Assembly: GCA_051294375.1 (NCBI GenBank)
Contig: CM119266.1
Location: 11,279,212 to 11,343,211, forward strand
DNA: 64,000 bases
Direction of reading: 5' to 3'
Origin: Paraspadella gotoi
Lineage: Eukaryota > Animalia > Chaetognatha
This document shows positions 25,345 through 38,701 of the stretch, in pieces. The position numbers and the translations under genes were made by a program. The notes under the pieces are model-generated. The model saw only the letters and a list, made by a program, of their open reading frames with translations, was not told the origin of the DNA and made no database searches. Position 1 is the stretch's first letter; each line of letters begins with the position of its first letter.

Positions 25345-28300
25345 GAGAGAGAGAGAGGAGAGAAGGAAGAGAGAGAGAGAGATCAGTCATGAGAACGAAG
25401 CGAAACAGGAGCAGAAAATGATAGACGAAAACGGAAAACAGATATTCGTTTCCTTTCCCCTCCCTTCCGCTTTCCTCTTTCTCCCTTTCCCCTATCCTCT
25501 TTCTCCCTTACCCCTTCCTCTTTTCTCCCTTTCCCCTTCCCTTTCTCCTTCTCCCCTTCCCATCCCCCTCTGTCTCTACTCTCTCTCCCTCTCTCTCCTT
25601 CTGGACGCCAGAAGCTCTCAGTTCCCAGGAAACGACGTCATCTCTCTTTTTCTTCTCTCGTGACATTTAAGCCATATCTTTGGCGACGCTGAGTTTTTAG
25701 GGCATCGCTTTCGGCATTCGCAATACTGTAAGGATTTTCCCCATAATTTCTTCCTTTTACTAAATTATTCAAATTTCAAAATCATTAGGCTTCCAATATG
25801 CACCTCTTCCATTTCTGATCCACACCGGATTGGGAAGCCAGCAACGGCAGCCTCGAGCTTTTCTCCCATTTCTATTGTCCTTGAAAATTCTCTCTCACTC
25901 TAAATGTTCTTTTTGTCGCAGCTTTTTCTGCAAAAAACCTCTTTTTCTTCCTTGACACTCGAATCCTCCATTCCATGACGCCGCCATCTCCCCGTCATTC
26001 TTCTTCAATTTTCCTCTTTAACTCCAGTATGTCATTTATTTTTTTCGGACGCATTGATCTTTTATTTCCCAATCATCTGAGACTGTAAGCTGTAGAGCCA
26101 CTGTATGCTAATCCAATTTAAATTCTCTTTTCACAGTCTGTTTATAACTCCCAGTGCTACCTGGCCTTCTCTATCAATGAATACTATAATATTTCAAAGA
26201 ATATTAATTTATGAAAAGACCACTCCTTTAAGTACTAATCGAATACTATATTCGTTACCCCCACTAGCCATCCAAACATATTAAGGACTAATTTTTGAAA
26301 ATTGGTACAACCCACTATACAAAATTATCCATTCATTATAAATAATAACTATCTCTGTCGCCTAACATTGCGACATCTTGGATCGGTTTCTTCCCTCATT
26401 CGTCCCTATTCTTCCTCATTTCCTATTTTCTTTCCCCACCACCCGTGCATCTTCCCTTATATTCTTTCTTTCTTCTCTCTATCTTCCCGTCATTCGTCTC
26501 CCCTTATGCTTCCCCGTCATTCCTAATTTTTTTTTCACCCCACCAGCCCCGGTCATTCTTCTTATATTTCATTCTCTCCTCTAATCCCTCTCATCTCCCC
26601 CCCCTCATTCTTTACTCTCCCTAACGTTAGGCCAACTCTCTCGCTTCCCCCCCAATTTCTTTTTCCGAAAAACTCAGTCCGGCCAAATTGGTTTTTTCGC
26701 TCTTTTGCTCTGACTCCTCCCCTTTTCTAATCAACTCTCTCTTCTCTCTCTCTCTCTCTCTCCTCGCTCTCTCTCTCTCCTCTCTCTCTCTCTTCTCTCT
26801 CTCTCTTCTCTCCTCTCTCTATCTCTGTCTCTCTTTCTGGCTTTGACTTACCCGTAGGCTGTCACACGATTTTCCCGCCAAACCCTCTTTTCACCATTTT
26901 CTCACCAATGTGTCAAAGCTTCTCTCACACAACCATTCTGTTAATAAATACTCCAGTCATATTAGCCATCTTCTCTTACGCTAGTTACTTTCTTCTATAA
27001 CTCATATGATCACTTAGAAGAGAAAATTCTAATCCCTACGAAGAATAAATCATATTACAATTTACAAATTGTACTTCCTGTCAAACCTACATTTCTCAAC
27101 TAATTCATAATTAAATAGAGCTTAAAAAAGTTAAAAAAAAGTATAAAAAGTAAAAATAAGGTGTATCATATTACATAAATAAACACAATACACATGTATT
27201 GCAAAAAAAGTTAAACTTTGAACCCTACTATTGCGCTTGTCTGTACCGTTCCTAAGTTAAAACTTGGCTTCATTCCAAAAGCCAATACTAAGATCTTTCC
27301 ATTTTTACAACAAAATAATACGTTTCAAACTGCTTTCTTAAGATACGTGCCCTCTCATAAGGGTGTCTAATCTTTTGTCCTCGAATACCCGTGTCCCATT
27401 CAACACGAATACCGCGCCTTTTCTCTCCTCTCATCTTCTCTCTCGTCTCTCTTCTCTCTCCTCTCTCTTCTCTACTCTCTCTCTCTTCTCTCTCTCTCCT
27501 CTCTCTCTCCTCTCTTCTCTCTCTTATCACCCCTTTCCTTTCTATTCCCCCGAGCACCGTCAAGCGTCGCCCGTTTAAGTCTTCGTTGCCAGCGACGCAC
27601 CTCGCAGCCCTCAAGATCACGGATTCGTCGATAAGTCGTTTTCGCCTCGTTTCCCGCGTTTCTCCGTTCTCCGTTTTCTTCGCGTCTGGATTTAGGAATT
27701 TTTCTTCTTTTTAGTTTGCGCTCTCTCGCCGCCTGCGTTTTTAAGAATTAAGTAAAAAAGATCCTCTCTTTATTATTATTTCTTTTCTGATGTATTATAT
27801 TTCGTTCTATGTATTCTATTCTATTTTATTCCATTCTATTCTATTCAATTCTATTATATTCCATTTTCGTTTATTCTATTTTACTTATTTGTGGTCTCTT
27901 TATAATTCTATTCTATTTTATTCCCTACAGTTCTATCGATTCTGTTGTATTATGTATATTGCATTACCTGCTTTACAGTTTAAAATATTTTCACGACTCT
28001 GAATTCCAAAATGGCGTCCCACTCATTCTCAACTTTTCCCCTCACCTTTCTCCTTCTGGTATCCATACTCGCTGACTCTAAAACCGATGAAAACCNNNNN
28101 NNNNNNNNNNNNNNNNNNNNNNNNNNNNNNNNNNNNNNNNNNNNNNNNNNNNNNNNNNNNNNNNNNNNNNNNNNNNNNNNNNNNNNNNNNNNNNNNNNNN
28201 NNNNNNNNNNNNNNNNNNNNNNNNNNNNNNNNNNNNNNNNNNNNNNNNNNNNNNNNNNNNNNNNNNNNNNNNNNNNNNNNNNNNNNNNNNNNNNNNNNNN

Positions 28301-29574
28301 NNNNNNNNNNNNNNNNNNNNNNNNNNNNNNNNNNNNNNNNNNNNNNNNNNNNNNNNNNNNNNNNNNNNNNNNNNNNNNNNNNNNNNNNNNNNNNNNNNNN
28401 NNNNNNNNNNNNNNNNNNNNNNNNNNNNNNNNNNNNNNNNTTCGTTTCCTTTCCCTCTCCCTTTCCCTTTCCTCTTTCTCCCTTTCCCCTTCCTCTTTCT
28501 CCCTTACCCCTTCCTCTTTCTCCCTTTCCCCTTCCTCTTTCTCCCTTTCCCCTTCCCATTCCCCTCTCTGTCTCTATCTCTCTCTCCCTCTCTCTCCGTT
28601 CTGGACGCCAGAAGCGTCTCAGTTTCCCAGGAACGATCCATCTCTCTTTTTCTTTCTTCCTCGGTGACGATTTTAAGCCATGATTCTTTGGCGGACGCTG
28701 AGTTTTTAGGGCATCGCTTTCGGCATTCGCAATACTGTAAGGAGTTTGCACCGCATAATTTCTTCCTTTTACTAAAGTTATTCAATTTCAAAATCATTTG
28801 CTTCCAATATTGCACCTCTTCCATCTGATCCACACGGATTGGAGATGCAGCAACGTGCAGCCTCGAGCTTTTCTCCCGATTTCTTTGTCTCTTGAAAATT
28901 CTCTCTCACTCTAAGTTGTTCTTTTGTCGCAGCTTTTCCTTCAAAAACTCTCNNNNNNNNNNNNNNNNNNNNNNNNNGAGTCTAGAATAGCTGCGCAGAC
29001 TCCAAACGTTGCCCGCGGCTTCAACGTCTCGCTCATTTCACGCCGGCGAGAGATAAATTGTTCACGTATTTTCCTTCTCGATATTTTTTTAAATTTTTTT
29101 TCGGGTAAAGTCTCAGATGGAGGAAAGAAAGAGAACGTGTTAGATTAGAGAAGTTTTCTTTTTTCTTTTTTTTTTACTATTTTGATGATTATTTCTTTCT
29201 GATGTATCGTATATTCGTTCTAATGTATTCTATTCTATTTTTATTTCCATTTATTCTATTCAATATTATTATATTCCATTTCGTTTATCTTCTATTTTAC
29301 TTATTTGTGGTCTCTTATTAATTCTATTCTATTTTATATTACCCTACAGTTCTATCGATTCTGTTGTATTAATGTATATCTGCGATTACCTTGCTTTACA
29401 GTTTAAAATATTTTCACGACTCTGAATCCAACAATGGCGTCCACTCGTTCTCAACTTGTTCCCTCACCTTGTCTCCTTCTGTATCCATACCGCTGACTCT
29501 AAAACCGGAGAAAACCTGAAATTTGAAAAAAAATACGACCAGAAAAAAATGCCAGAAAGAGTGAGAGAGAGAGT

Positions 29575-29618
<44 letters not shown>

Positions 29619-31907
29619 AGAGAAGAGAGAGAGAGAGAGAGAGAGAGGAGATGAGAGAGATAACCAAGTCAGAAAAACGAAGCGAAACAGAGCAGAAAAA
29701 TGGATCGAGAGGCGAAAACGGAAAGACGATATATCGTTCCTTTCCCTCATCCCTTTCCTTTCCTCTTTCTCCCTTTCCTTCCTCTTTCTCCCTTACCCCC
29801 TTCCTGCTTTCTCCCTTTTCCCTTACCTCCATTTGCTCCTTTCCCCTATCCCATTATCCCATCTCTGTTCTCTATCTCTCTTCCCATCTCTCTCCGTTTG
29901 GACGCCAGAAGCGTCCAGTTCTCCCAGGAACGATCCATCATCTCTTTTTTCTTTCTTCCATCGGTGCGATATTAGAGCCATGATTCTTGGCGGACGCTGA
30001 GTTTTTATAGGGACGCTTATCGGCATTCGCAATACTTTAAGGAGTTCTGCACCGCATTAATTGTCTTCTTTTACTAAAGGTTTAGTTCAATTTCAAAACT
30101 CATTTGCTTCCAAATTGCACCTCTTCCATCTGATCCACACGGATTTGGATAGACTGCAGCAACGTGTGCAGTGCCTCAGAGCCTTTTCTCCGCGATCTTC
30201 CTTGATGTCTTCTTCGAATAGTTCGTACTCTCACTCTAAGTTAGTTCTCTTTTCATGTCGGCAGCTGTTTCCTTCAAAAACTACTCTATTTTCATTTCCT
30301 TGTACCACTTACGAATTCCTCGCATTCCATGACGCCCCAATCTTCGCCCGGTCATTCTTCAGTTTTCATTTTCTCTGTGAACTCGTTCATTTATTTCTCT
30401 TTCGGAACTTTGATCTTTTATTTTCCCAATCATTCTGGAAGACTGTAAGCTGTAAGCACTGAAAGCTAATCAATTAAATTCTTTTCACGTCTTCGATTTA
30501 AATTAGCTCCCATGTGTACTGGCGTCTTCTATCAGATGAAAGTTAGTATAATATTTCATATACAGAATATTTAAATGTATGATCAAAGGCCACTCCTTTA
30601 AGTACAGATCGGGAAACTACTAATTTGTACCCCGCACTAGCGATTCAAGAATTATAAGGAGTGAATTTATGAAATTGGTACAACACAACTATACAAATGT
30701 TAGTCCAACTTTCACTTTAAATAACTAAGACTTATCTTGTCCCTGGACTCTAGTTCGGACAGCTTGGATTGGTTTCTTCCGTATGCATTCGATTCCCTCT
30801 ATTCACTTCCCGTCTCATCCTTATTTCCTCCCCTACACTCGTATTTCTTCCCTTATATTCTTCTTTCTTCTCTCTAATCTTGCAGCGTTCATCGTCCTAT
30901 TCTCCCGTTCATTCATACTTCTTCCCGCATCCACTCCGGTCATTTCTCCCATCACCCTATTCTCCTGACATTCTTCTCTTCCTCTAAGTCTTCCCACCAT
31001 TCTCCCCTCATTCTTCTATACTCTCCTATGTTAGGGGCCGAAGACCTCTCTCGCTTCCCCCAATTTGCCTTTCCGAAAACTGCAGATTCCCGGCCGCCAA
31101 GATGGTTTTTTCGCTCTTTTTGTCGACTTCCGTCCCTCTTTTCTAATCAATCATCTCTTCTCATCTCTCGTCTCTCTCTTCTCTTCTTCCTGCTCTCTCT
31201 CTCTCTCTCTCTCGCTCTCTACGTCTCTCGTCGTCTCTCTCTCTTCTCCTCTCTCTCTATCTCATGCTCTCGTTCTCTGTCTCTTGACTTGACCCGTAGG
31301 GACGTCCACAGCGATTTTCCTCGGCCAAGACCGCGTCTTTTCACCTAATTGTTCTTCACATATTTCAAAGCTTCTCGTCAGCCGAACAACCATTCTAGTT
31401 TCTCAGTCATATTAGCGCTTTCTCTCTCTCCTTACGCTATTACTTTATCTATACTATGACTCCAAAAGACTTAACGATCACTTGAAGAAGAAAATTCGTA
31501 ATCTACGAGAATAAATCATAGCTTACAACTTTACAAATTGTACTTCTGTCAAAGACCTACATGCTCAACTATTCTCAACTAATTCCATAATTAAATGAGA
31601 GCTTAAAAAACATATGTAAAACTTGATGTATATAAAAGTAAAAAATAAATGTACATATTACATAATAAACACATTACACATGTATGCAAAAAAAAGTTTA
31701 AACTTGAACGCCTACTATCTCGCTTGTCTGTCGTCCTAAGTAAAACTTGGCTTCATTCAAAAGCCAATTCTAAGATCTTTCATTTTTACAAAAAATAAAT
31801 ACGTTTTAAACTGGCTTTCTTAAGATTACGTGCCCTCTCTAAAGGCGTGTCTAATCTTTTGTCGCTCGAATACCGCTCGTCCCATTCAACACGAATCACC
31901 GCGCTTT

Positions 31908-31988
<81 letters not shown>

Positions 31989-32225
31989 CACCCCTTTTCC
32001 TTTCGATTCCCCCGAGCGACCAAGTCAAAGCGTCGCCCCGGTTTAAGTCTCGTTGCCAGGCGACGCACGCTCGGCCCTCAAGATCACGTGATCGTCGATA
32101 AGTCGTTCGCCTCGTTCCCGCGTTTCTCCCGTTTCTCGTTTCTCGCGCGGATTTAGGAATTTTTTTCTCTTTTTAGTTGCGACTACTGGCGCCGCCTTTT
32201 GTTTTTAAAGAAAAGATAAGTAAAA
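24016..32225 (+). repeat. Three near-tandem copies of one locus (A ~24016-27760, B ~27770-28952, C ~28980-32225); probable assembly artefact
   Basis: Shared anchors, e.g. aaatattttcacgactct..caaaatggcgtcc at ~25123, ~27983 and ~29406, and ggacgccagaag at ~25603, ~28603 and ~29900. A and C share both ends. Differences are indel-dominated, and a 25-N gap lies at 28953-28977. Confidence 0.88.
28450..28557. repeat. 21-bp pyrimidine minisatellite (cctttccccttcctctttctc), about 5 copies
   Basis: Direct reading. Noisier versions occur at ~25450-25560 and ~29738-29850. Confidence 0.85.
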
Positions 32226-32230
32226 AAAAA

Positions 32231-32270
32231 GTAATGCGGCGCAACACCTTGGAATAACCGTTCCTTGTTT
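32231..32270 (-). mobile_element. Terminal fragment of the DINE-1/HINE-like family, inverted orientation
   Basis: The reverse complement reads aaacaaggaacggttattccaaggtgttgcgccgcattac. Its last 29 nt match 36291-36319 (tgttattcaaaggtgttgcgccgcattac) at 27/29. Confidence 0.55.
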
Positions 32271-33216
32271 TCTTTCTTCGTCGCCATTTGTGATTTGGTT
32301 TTTTGCGTTCGATCGAGGTCAGACGCTTTCGAACCGGATTGTTGCAGGTTTTCCTTTTTTTGATCGAAGAGTTTTATTATGTCGGAAAAAATTACTATTT
32401 TACTACTCAAGGTTTTATTTATTAAGGATAGGTTTTTTATTGTTTGGAGATTAAATAAAGTAAAAACGATTATTATTGCTTAAGTTTCCAACCGTTACCC
32501 TTTTATATATCAGAATTAACATTAATGCAACCATTGATTCTCTCTCTTTTNNNNNNNNNNNNNNNNNNNNNNNNNNNNNNNNNNNNNNNNNNNNNNNNNN
32601 NNNNNNNNNNNNNNNNNNNNNNNNNNNNNNNNNNNNNNNNNNNNNNNNNNNNNNNNNNNNNNNNNNNNNNNNNNNNNNNNNNNNNNNNNNNNNNNNNNNN
32701 NNNNNNNNNNNNNNNNNNNNNNNNNNNNNNNNNNNNNNNNNNNNNNNNNNNNNNNNNNNNNNNNNNNNNNNNNNNNNNNNNNNNNNNNNNNNNNNNNNNN
32801 NNNNNNNNNNNNNNNNNNNNACTTAAATAAAGTAAAAACGTTTTTTCTAATTAATTATTGTCTACAGTTTTCCAACCTATTATCTTTATTTGGTATCTCC
32901 TTTTGGATATATCGCAATTGAAATTTAATGCCAACCATTAGTTAGATATTGTCTATTACATCCTCGTTATGCGATTGGCAAGAGTCTGCTCTTATGATCT
33001 ACTCGGGCATTCTCACTCGCCCTACTCTTATTTGCATGGAATTCCTGAAAATATTATGGATAGCCACATTAGGTGCCGTGGGGATATTTCGTTTTTAGCA
33101 TAACTCGATATCTTCCTCTCTCTTTTCTCTTTCTTACTCTCTTTACATATTCTTCTTCTCTTCTCTCTTTTCTCTGGTTCTCTCTACTCTCTCTCTCTCT
33201 CTCTCTCTCCTTCTCT

Positions 33217-33252
<36 letters not shown>

Positions 33253-34527
33253 TCTCACCCCCGCTTCTCCCCGCTCTCTTTCTCCGCCCACGTATTCAAA
33301 TGTTTCTATTTTTTGTAAGGCTCTCTTTCGTGCGCGCAACCGAAAATAAGCCAAGGGGTCGGGAGGGAGGCCACGCCCCCTGAACGCTTTCTCATGTTTT
33401 CGTAACTGAGATCAAAATACTGAAGGGCATTTGAAATATTGTTGTTGTGTAGGAACTAATATTATTTCATATTTTGCTTATTCGTTGCAGTTGGCGTCAC
33501 AATAGCCAAAAAGACTCTATTTTTCTTTTTTTCTCTTTTTTCTTTCTTTCTATCTTTCTATTTTTCTTTCTTTCTTTCTTTCTTTCTTAGAAGAATAAGA
33601 GCAGGGAGAGGGGAGGAGATGAAGAGCAAGTAGGCGGTAAATTTCTGAAGCGAGGTGTATCGCAGGCACGGGGGGGGGAGTGGGGTTAAGAGAAGGGAGG
33701 GGGTGGGTGAGAAGGAGAATAGAGGGGTAGGAGAAGAGAGGGCCGAAGAAGGGATGGGAAGAGAGAAGAGGGAGAAGAATTAGAAGAAAAGAAAGAATCG
33801 AGCCCGGGGGAGAATTTGTATCCCGAAAGGACAACCTGATAGGACGTGGCTTTTATGATGCGGAACGACTTTTGGCCGTCAACAAGATTCAATCTCGAAA
33901 TTGTGCTAATCAGTATATCTGCTTTCTTTTCTTTTTCCTCGTGATTTCTTTCTTTTTTTTTTTGTATCTCGTGTTTCCGGGCCTGCGGGGGTTTTTCCCT
34001 CCTTTTTTCTTTTTCTTATTTTTTCTTTTTTTCTTTCACGTTCGTTTTATATTTTCCTTTAAAACTCTCTTCATTCTCCTTATCTTCCTTTTCTCTTTTT
34101 TTCTTTTTAGATCTTATATGATTGTCTTTTTCTTTCTAAATATTTTCTTTTCATAATGACTTTTCTCTTTGTTCTTTTTTCAATTTCTTTCTTTTTCCTA
34201 TTTGTTCTCTTTCTAATTTTTTCTGGTTTTTTTTTTTAAGCTCTTTTCTTATTCCTTGATTTCTCATCTAATCTATCTTACTATTTTTTTCGTTATATAA
34301 AGATTCTTTCATTGTCTCTCTCTCTCGGCAATGTTTTGCCTGTGTATTCTCATAATAATTTTTCAATAACCAAGAGGTGCCAAGAGACCGAATCTAATAT
34401 CTTGATACGACTTATCTTAAATTTTTTTTCTTGATGTTGAACGTAGCTCTTAATAAAGCGTGCATTATAAACACTAGAAAAGTAGATAATTCCATCTCAC
34501 AAGAGCTAATGGCTAAATCCTAGTACT

Positions 34528-34760
34528 AATCTAATCTATCTATCTATCTATCGTATCTATCTATCCTATCTATCATATCTATCAGTAGTTTATATCATAT
34601 CTAAGATAAGATCAATATCATAATCTATCTATCTAACATTAATTTCTATCTATCTATACAATCATATTCTATCTAATCTATCATAATACTATAACTTTCT
34701 ATCATAATTCTAATCTATCTATTCTATCTATCTATCTATTATCTATCTATTATCTATCTA

Positions 34761-34802
<42 letters not shown>

Positions 34803-34850
34803 ACACAACTATCTATCTATATAATCTATCTATCTATCTATCTATCGTAC
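34528..34850. repeat. (ATCT)n microsatellite, degenerate; second copy at ~37148-37290
   Basis: Direct reading. Confidence 0.92.
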
Positions 34851-34895
34851 TGTCTTTATTTCTATATAGATCTTTCTATTTATTTATCTATTTAA

Positions 34896-35193
34896 GTAGT
34901 AAGCGGGATCATGGCCTAGGTTCACCCCGCCTATAACATGATCTTTCAGTTGTGACCCGGTGGCACATTGAGTAACCAACCATCAGCTCATGATCACTAG
35001 GTACCGCGGTTCAATCCAACAACCCATACCTACCTGCGGGGAAAGAGAGAGGACGGCCGTAAGCCGCCTTGGGGGCGTGGCAAAAACCCTCGTTACTCCA
35101 AGCCCAGGACCCGTTCCATGAGACTGTTGAGAGGGGTTACAGAAAGTTACGGATAGTCATCACTTCTGCCCACTTAGCGCCTTATCCACAATT
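34896..35193 (+). mobile_element. tRNA-derived SINE-like element, copy 1
   Basis: The head starts gacccgg (34954), with A-box-like TGGCACATTGA (34961-34971) and B-box-like GGTTCAATCC (35008-35017) at tRNA spacing. The cloverleaf is broken, so it is not a functional tRNA. A ~180-nt tRNA-unrelated body follows, then atctatct. Confidence 0.6.
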
Positions 35194-36287
35194 ATCTATC
35201 TACTAATCTGTCCATCTCTTACTACTAAAGTCTCTTTTTTTCTTTCTCAGTCGATATCCCATATCTCTTTCCTTCCCTCATCTCTCCTCCATCCCCACCA
35301 ATCTCCACAGCTCCCCCCCCCCAACTCCCCCCTTCTTCTCCGTTGTCTTCCTTCGTTTGACCTCTCCGATCGAATAGGCGCCACAAGCGGCAAGACGCGA
35401 CGCGAGAAACAGAAGAACGCCAATTTATCTTTCGCGCCCCCCCACCTCTCCTCTCTTCCTAGCCTCAACCATAGCCCCCTCTTAGGCGTAATGTGGCGAG
35501 CGCGGCGCGTTATCGACGGAGCACTTATTGCGACATTTACGGCTGTACATTAGTTTCTTCTGAGCGGGCATTAGAGAACTGCGGCATTCACGCAGAAATT
35601 TTGCGCATTAGGATTACTGGAGCCACCAATCATGGGGTTTTCTGAATGTGCCATATGGCAATAAAACTTACAAACCGTCACTAATAGTTTTAAGATATGT
35701 ATTAATAAAAAACTTTAACTAACTTTTGAACTATACTATACTTTCAATAACTTATAATTAATTTCTCACTTATAATACTAGGATAATATCTTCACGCATT
35801 AAACAAATTACAACATGTGTAAAATCATGTTATTAGGGGACAATAAAGTTAAACATGAAAAAACTCGTAGATTTAACTCTTATATTTAATTTAATTTAAA
35901 AGTTATGTAAACTGGCTGATTTTCAAACAGTTTTAAAAAAATGTCCTTATTAAACAGTAATATACGCGGCATGTATATTTGGTTGTTTGGCTTGGTCACC
36001 CTCAGGGTCCTATAATCGGAACAATCGGCATGTCGGGGTTAAACCCATTATCCACGAATTCACGAGACTCTCCGGAACCATAAATATTTCGCAGGACGAA
36101 AATAGAGGTGCGACTGGAGGTATTTAAGTCGTGCATGGGCACTAAAACAAATCGTAAAGTCAAATTAGGTGAAAAAAAGATAATTACAATGAAGAAGAAG
36201 AAGATAAAAGAAGAAAGAAAGAAGAATAATAGAGAAAGATATAGAAGAGAAAGAAGAAGAACNNNNNNNNNNNNNNNNNNNNNNNNN

Positions 36288-36610
36288 AACTGTTATTCAA
36301 AGGTGTTGCGCCGCATTACTCTCCCTTATTTTTACTTTACATCCCATGAAATATGATACGCTTGTGAATATTCACATCTTTTATTCTTATATTTATAGAT
36401 TTTTTTTTAAAAAAACAAAAGCGGGCGCTCGTAAGTTGCTTAAATTTGAGGTTTTCTTTAAATGGCAACGAAATATAGACAAGTTATAAAGAGTTTTCAA
36501 CGTAAGTGGAACAGACCGACAGACAGACCAAAAAAGACCGACCGACAGACCGGACAGGAGCGACGCAAGTGACTTTATACGGCTGCTTCCGCGAAGTATT
36601 CGCTACAAAA
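36288..36610 (+). mobile_element. DINE-1/HINE-like dispersed repeat copy
   Basis: Collinear blocks with 5150-5520, with a (GACA/GACC)n tract at 36511-36556. Confidence 0.45.
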
Positions 36611-37336
36611 ACAAAACTGCTGGAATTAAAGAAGGAAAACAATGTATGATTGCAGGAATTAAATTAAAAAAAAGAGAGCGAGTTGCTGAATTAAAAAAGC
36701 GAGAAAGAAAAAGACGGAAGAAGCAGAACTGGAAGCAAAAATGGGGAAATTTCTGAGCGAGATCCAGCGGGGGGCAGTGGGGTTGAGAAGGGGGTGGGTG
36801 AGAATAGGTAGGGCGGAGGTGGGGGGGGAATCCGAAAAGTGCTTATTATAAGCGGAGACTTTGGCGGTCAAGATTCAATCTCGAAATTTCTAGATTTTTT
36901 CTCTTTCTTTCTTTCTCGTTTCTTTCTTTTTTTCCGTTTTCCCTTCATTTTTTCTTCGCTTCTTTCTTTCTTTTTATTCCATTGTCTTCTTCTTTTTGCG
37001 TTCAATTTCTTTGTCTTCTCCAAACGTTTTTGTGTATTTAATTTCTTTCCAAGGGTGCCCGAATCTAATTCTTATCTTTCTAATATTTTTTTCTGTGTTG
37101 TACGTACGCCCTTATTACGTCATTTATCAAGTAAATTATCCCATCTCTCTAATCTGATCTATCTATCTATCTATCTATCTATATCTATCTATCTATCTAT
37201 CTATCTTCTATTCTATTATCTATCTATCTATCTTTATTATCTATCATTACTATCGTATCTAGTCTAATCCTTCATTCTATCTATCTATCTGTCTTTATTT
37301 CTATATATCTTTCTATTTATGTTATCTATTTAAGTA

Positions 37337-37630
37337 AGTCGGGCATTGCCTAGGTTTCACCGCCTATAAACATGGACTCTTTTCAGGTTGTGACACCGGT
37401 GGGCACATTGAGTAACCATTCAGCTCATTGATCACTAGTACCCGCGTTCCAATCCAACCCAGGTACCTACCTGCCGGGAAAGAGAGGACGGCCGTAAGCC
37501 GCCTGGGGGCGTGGCAAAACCCTCAACCTTAATTCAAGCCCAGGACCCTTCCACATGACTGTTAGAGTGGGTTACCAAGAAAGTTACCGATAGTCATCTT
37601 CTGCCCACTTAGCGCCCTTATCACATCAAT
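37337..37630 (+). mobile_element. tRNA-derived SINE-like element, copy 2 (probably the same genomic locus as copy 1)
   Basis: Aligns along its full length with 34896-35193 inside the larger duplication. Confidence 0.6.
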
Positions 37631-38646
37631 CTATTCTATCATCTGTCCATCTCTTACTACTAAAGTCTCTTTTTTTTCTCTCCAGTCATCCCATATCTCC
37701 TTCCTTCCCTCCATCTACTCCTCCATCCCCCTACCAATCTCCCACTCCCCCCCCAACTCCCCCCTTCTTCTCCGTTCGTTCTTCCTTCAGTTTTGACCTC
37801 TCCGATCGCATAGGCGCCAAGCGGGCAGAACGCGACGCGCGAAACCAGAAAGAACGCCAATTTCTTCGCCCCGCCCCCTCCCCTCTCTTCCCTAGCCTCA
37901 ACCTAGCCCCCTCTTAAGGCGTAATGGGCGGCGCGGCGCGTTATCGACGGAGCCTTTTGCGACATTCTATCCCAGGCTTGTTACTTAGTTTCCTGTCTCC
38001 CCAGCATATTAAGCGGAGACACATGCCCTTTAGACATTAAGAGACCATCTTTATTATCGCCCATTTTCTCAGGCCCATGTTACTTGAATGCGCATCGGCC
38101 CTTTGGTATTTTCTAATGTTAGACACGTCTCGGCCATTAATAACTCTACTCTTCCTTAATCCTCGTCATGTTTTTAAGATGTGGAAAAAAAAACTCTTCG
38201 TACTTTTATTAGCAACTCTCCTCATCTCTCTCTAATAAGCCCTTATACTCTTTCCCACTTCGATTATAGCACTTCCCCTTTTACTATCTATAATAATCCC
38301 AATTTTACTCCATTTACTGGATAATCTCTCACCACAAGTTATTAGCTCGCTGATCCTCACTATTATTTTATAATAAGCTCAGGTATCTACTCTCTCTTCA
38401 TGGTTCTTTACTTAATTCCAGTACATAAATCTCTTATAATATCCATTTGTTCCTTAGATATTCTTTGACGTGACGTTATAAATTCAATTCATTCAGTCAA
38501 AAGGTAATAAATATTAATATTACTAAATTTGATCAAAATTTTGTTTTATTTTCCTACCTTCCTCCTTCCTTCCTCCCTTCTTAATATCGTTTCTCCCCCT
38601 TTTCCCATTTTTTCTGGCCTCTTATATTCTCATTCTTTTCCTTTTT

Positions 38647-38701
<55 letters not shown>

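Larger units (their letters stand above)
33640..37970 (+). repeat. Near-tandem duplication ~33640-35560 vs ~36748-37970 around a 25-N gap; probable assembly artefact
   Basis: Collinear from aatttctga(a)gcgag through the (ATCT)n tract and the SINE-like element to gcgcggcgcgttatcgacggagc. The first copy is inflated by insertions. The 25-N gap is at 36263-36287. Confidence 0.88.

Noticed and set aside
34954-35030. Functional tRNA gene (Met/Arg-like)
   Set aside because: A and B boxes are present, but the T- and anticodon stems do not pair and there is no oligo-T terminator. It is better explained as a SINE head.
13860-37970. Genuine segmental duplications or a large satellite array
   Set aside because: Indel-dominated divergence and placement around 25-N gaps favour assembly artefacts. 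Reported as such under findings.
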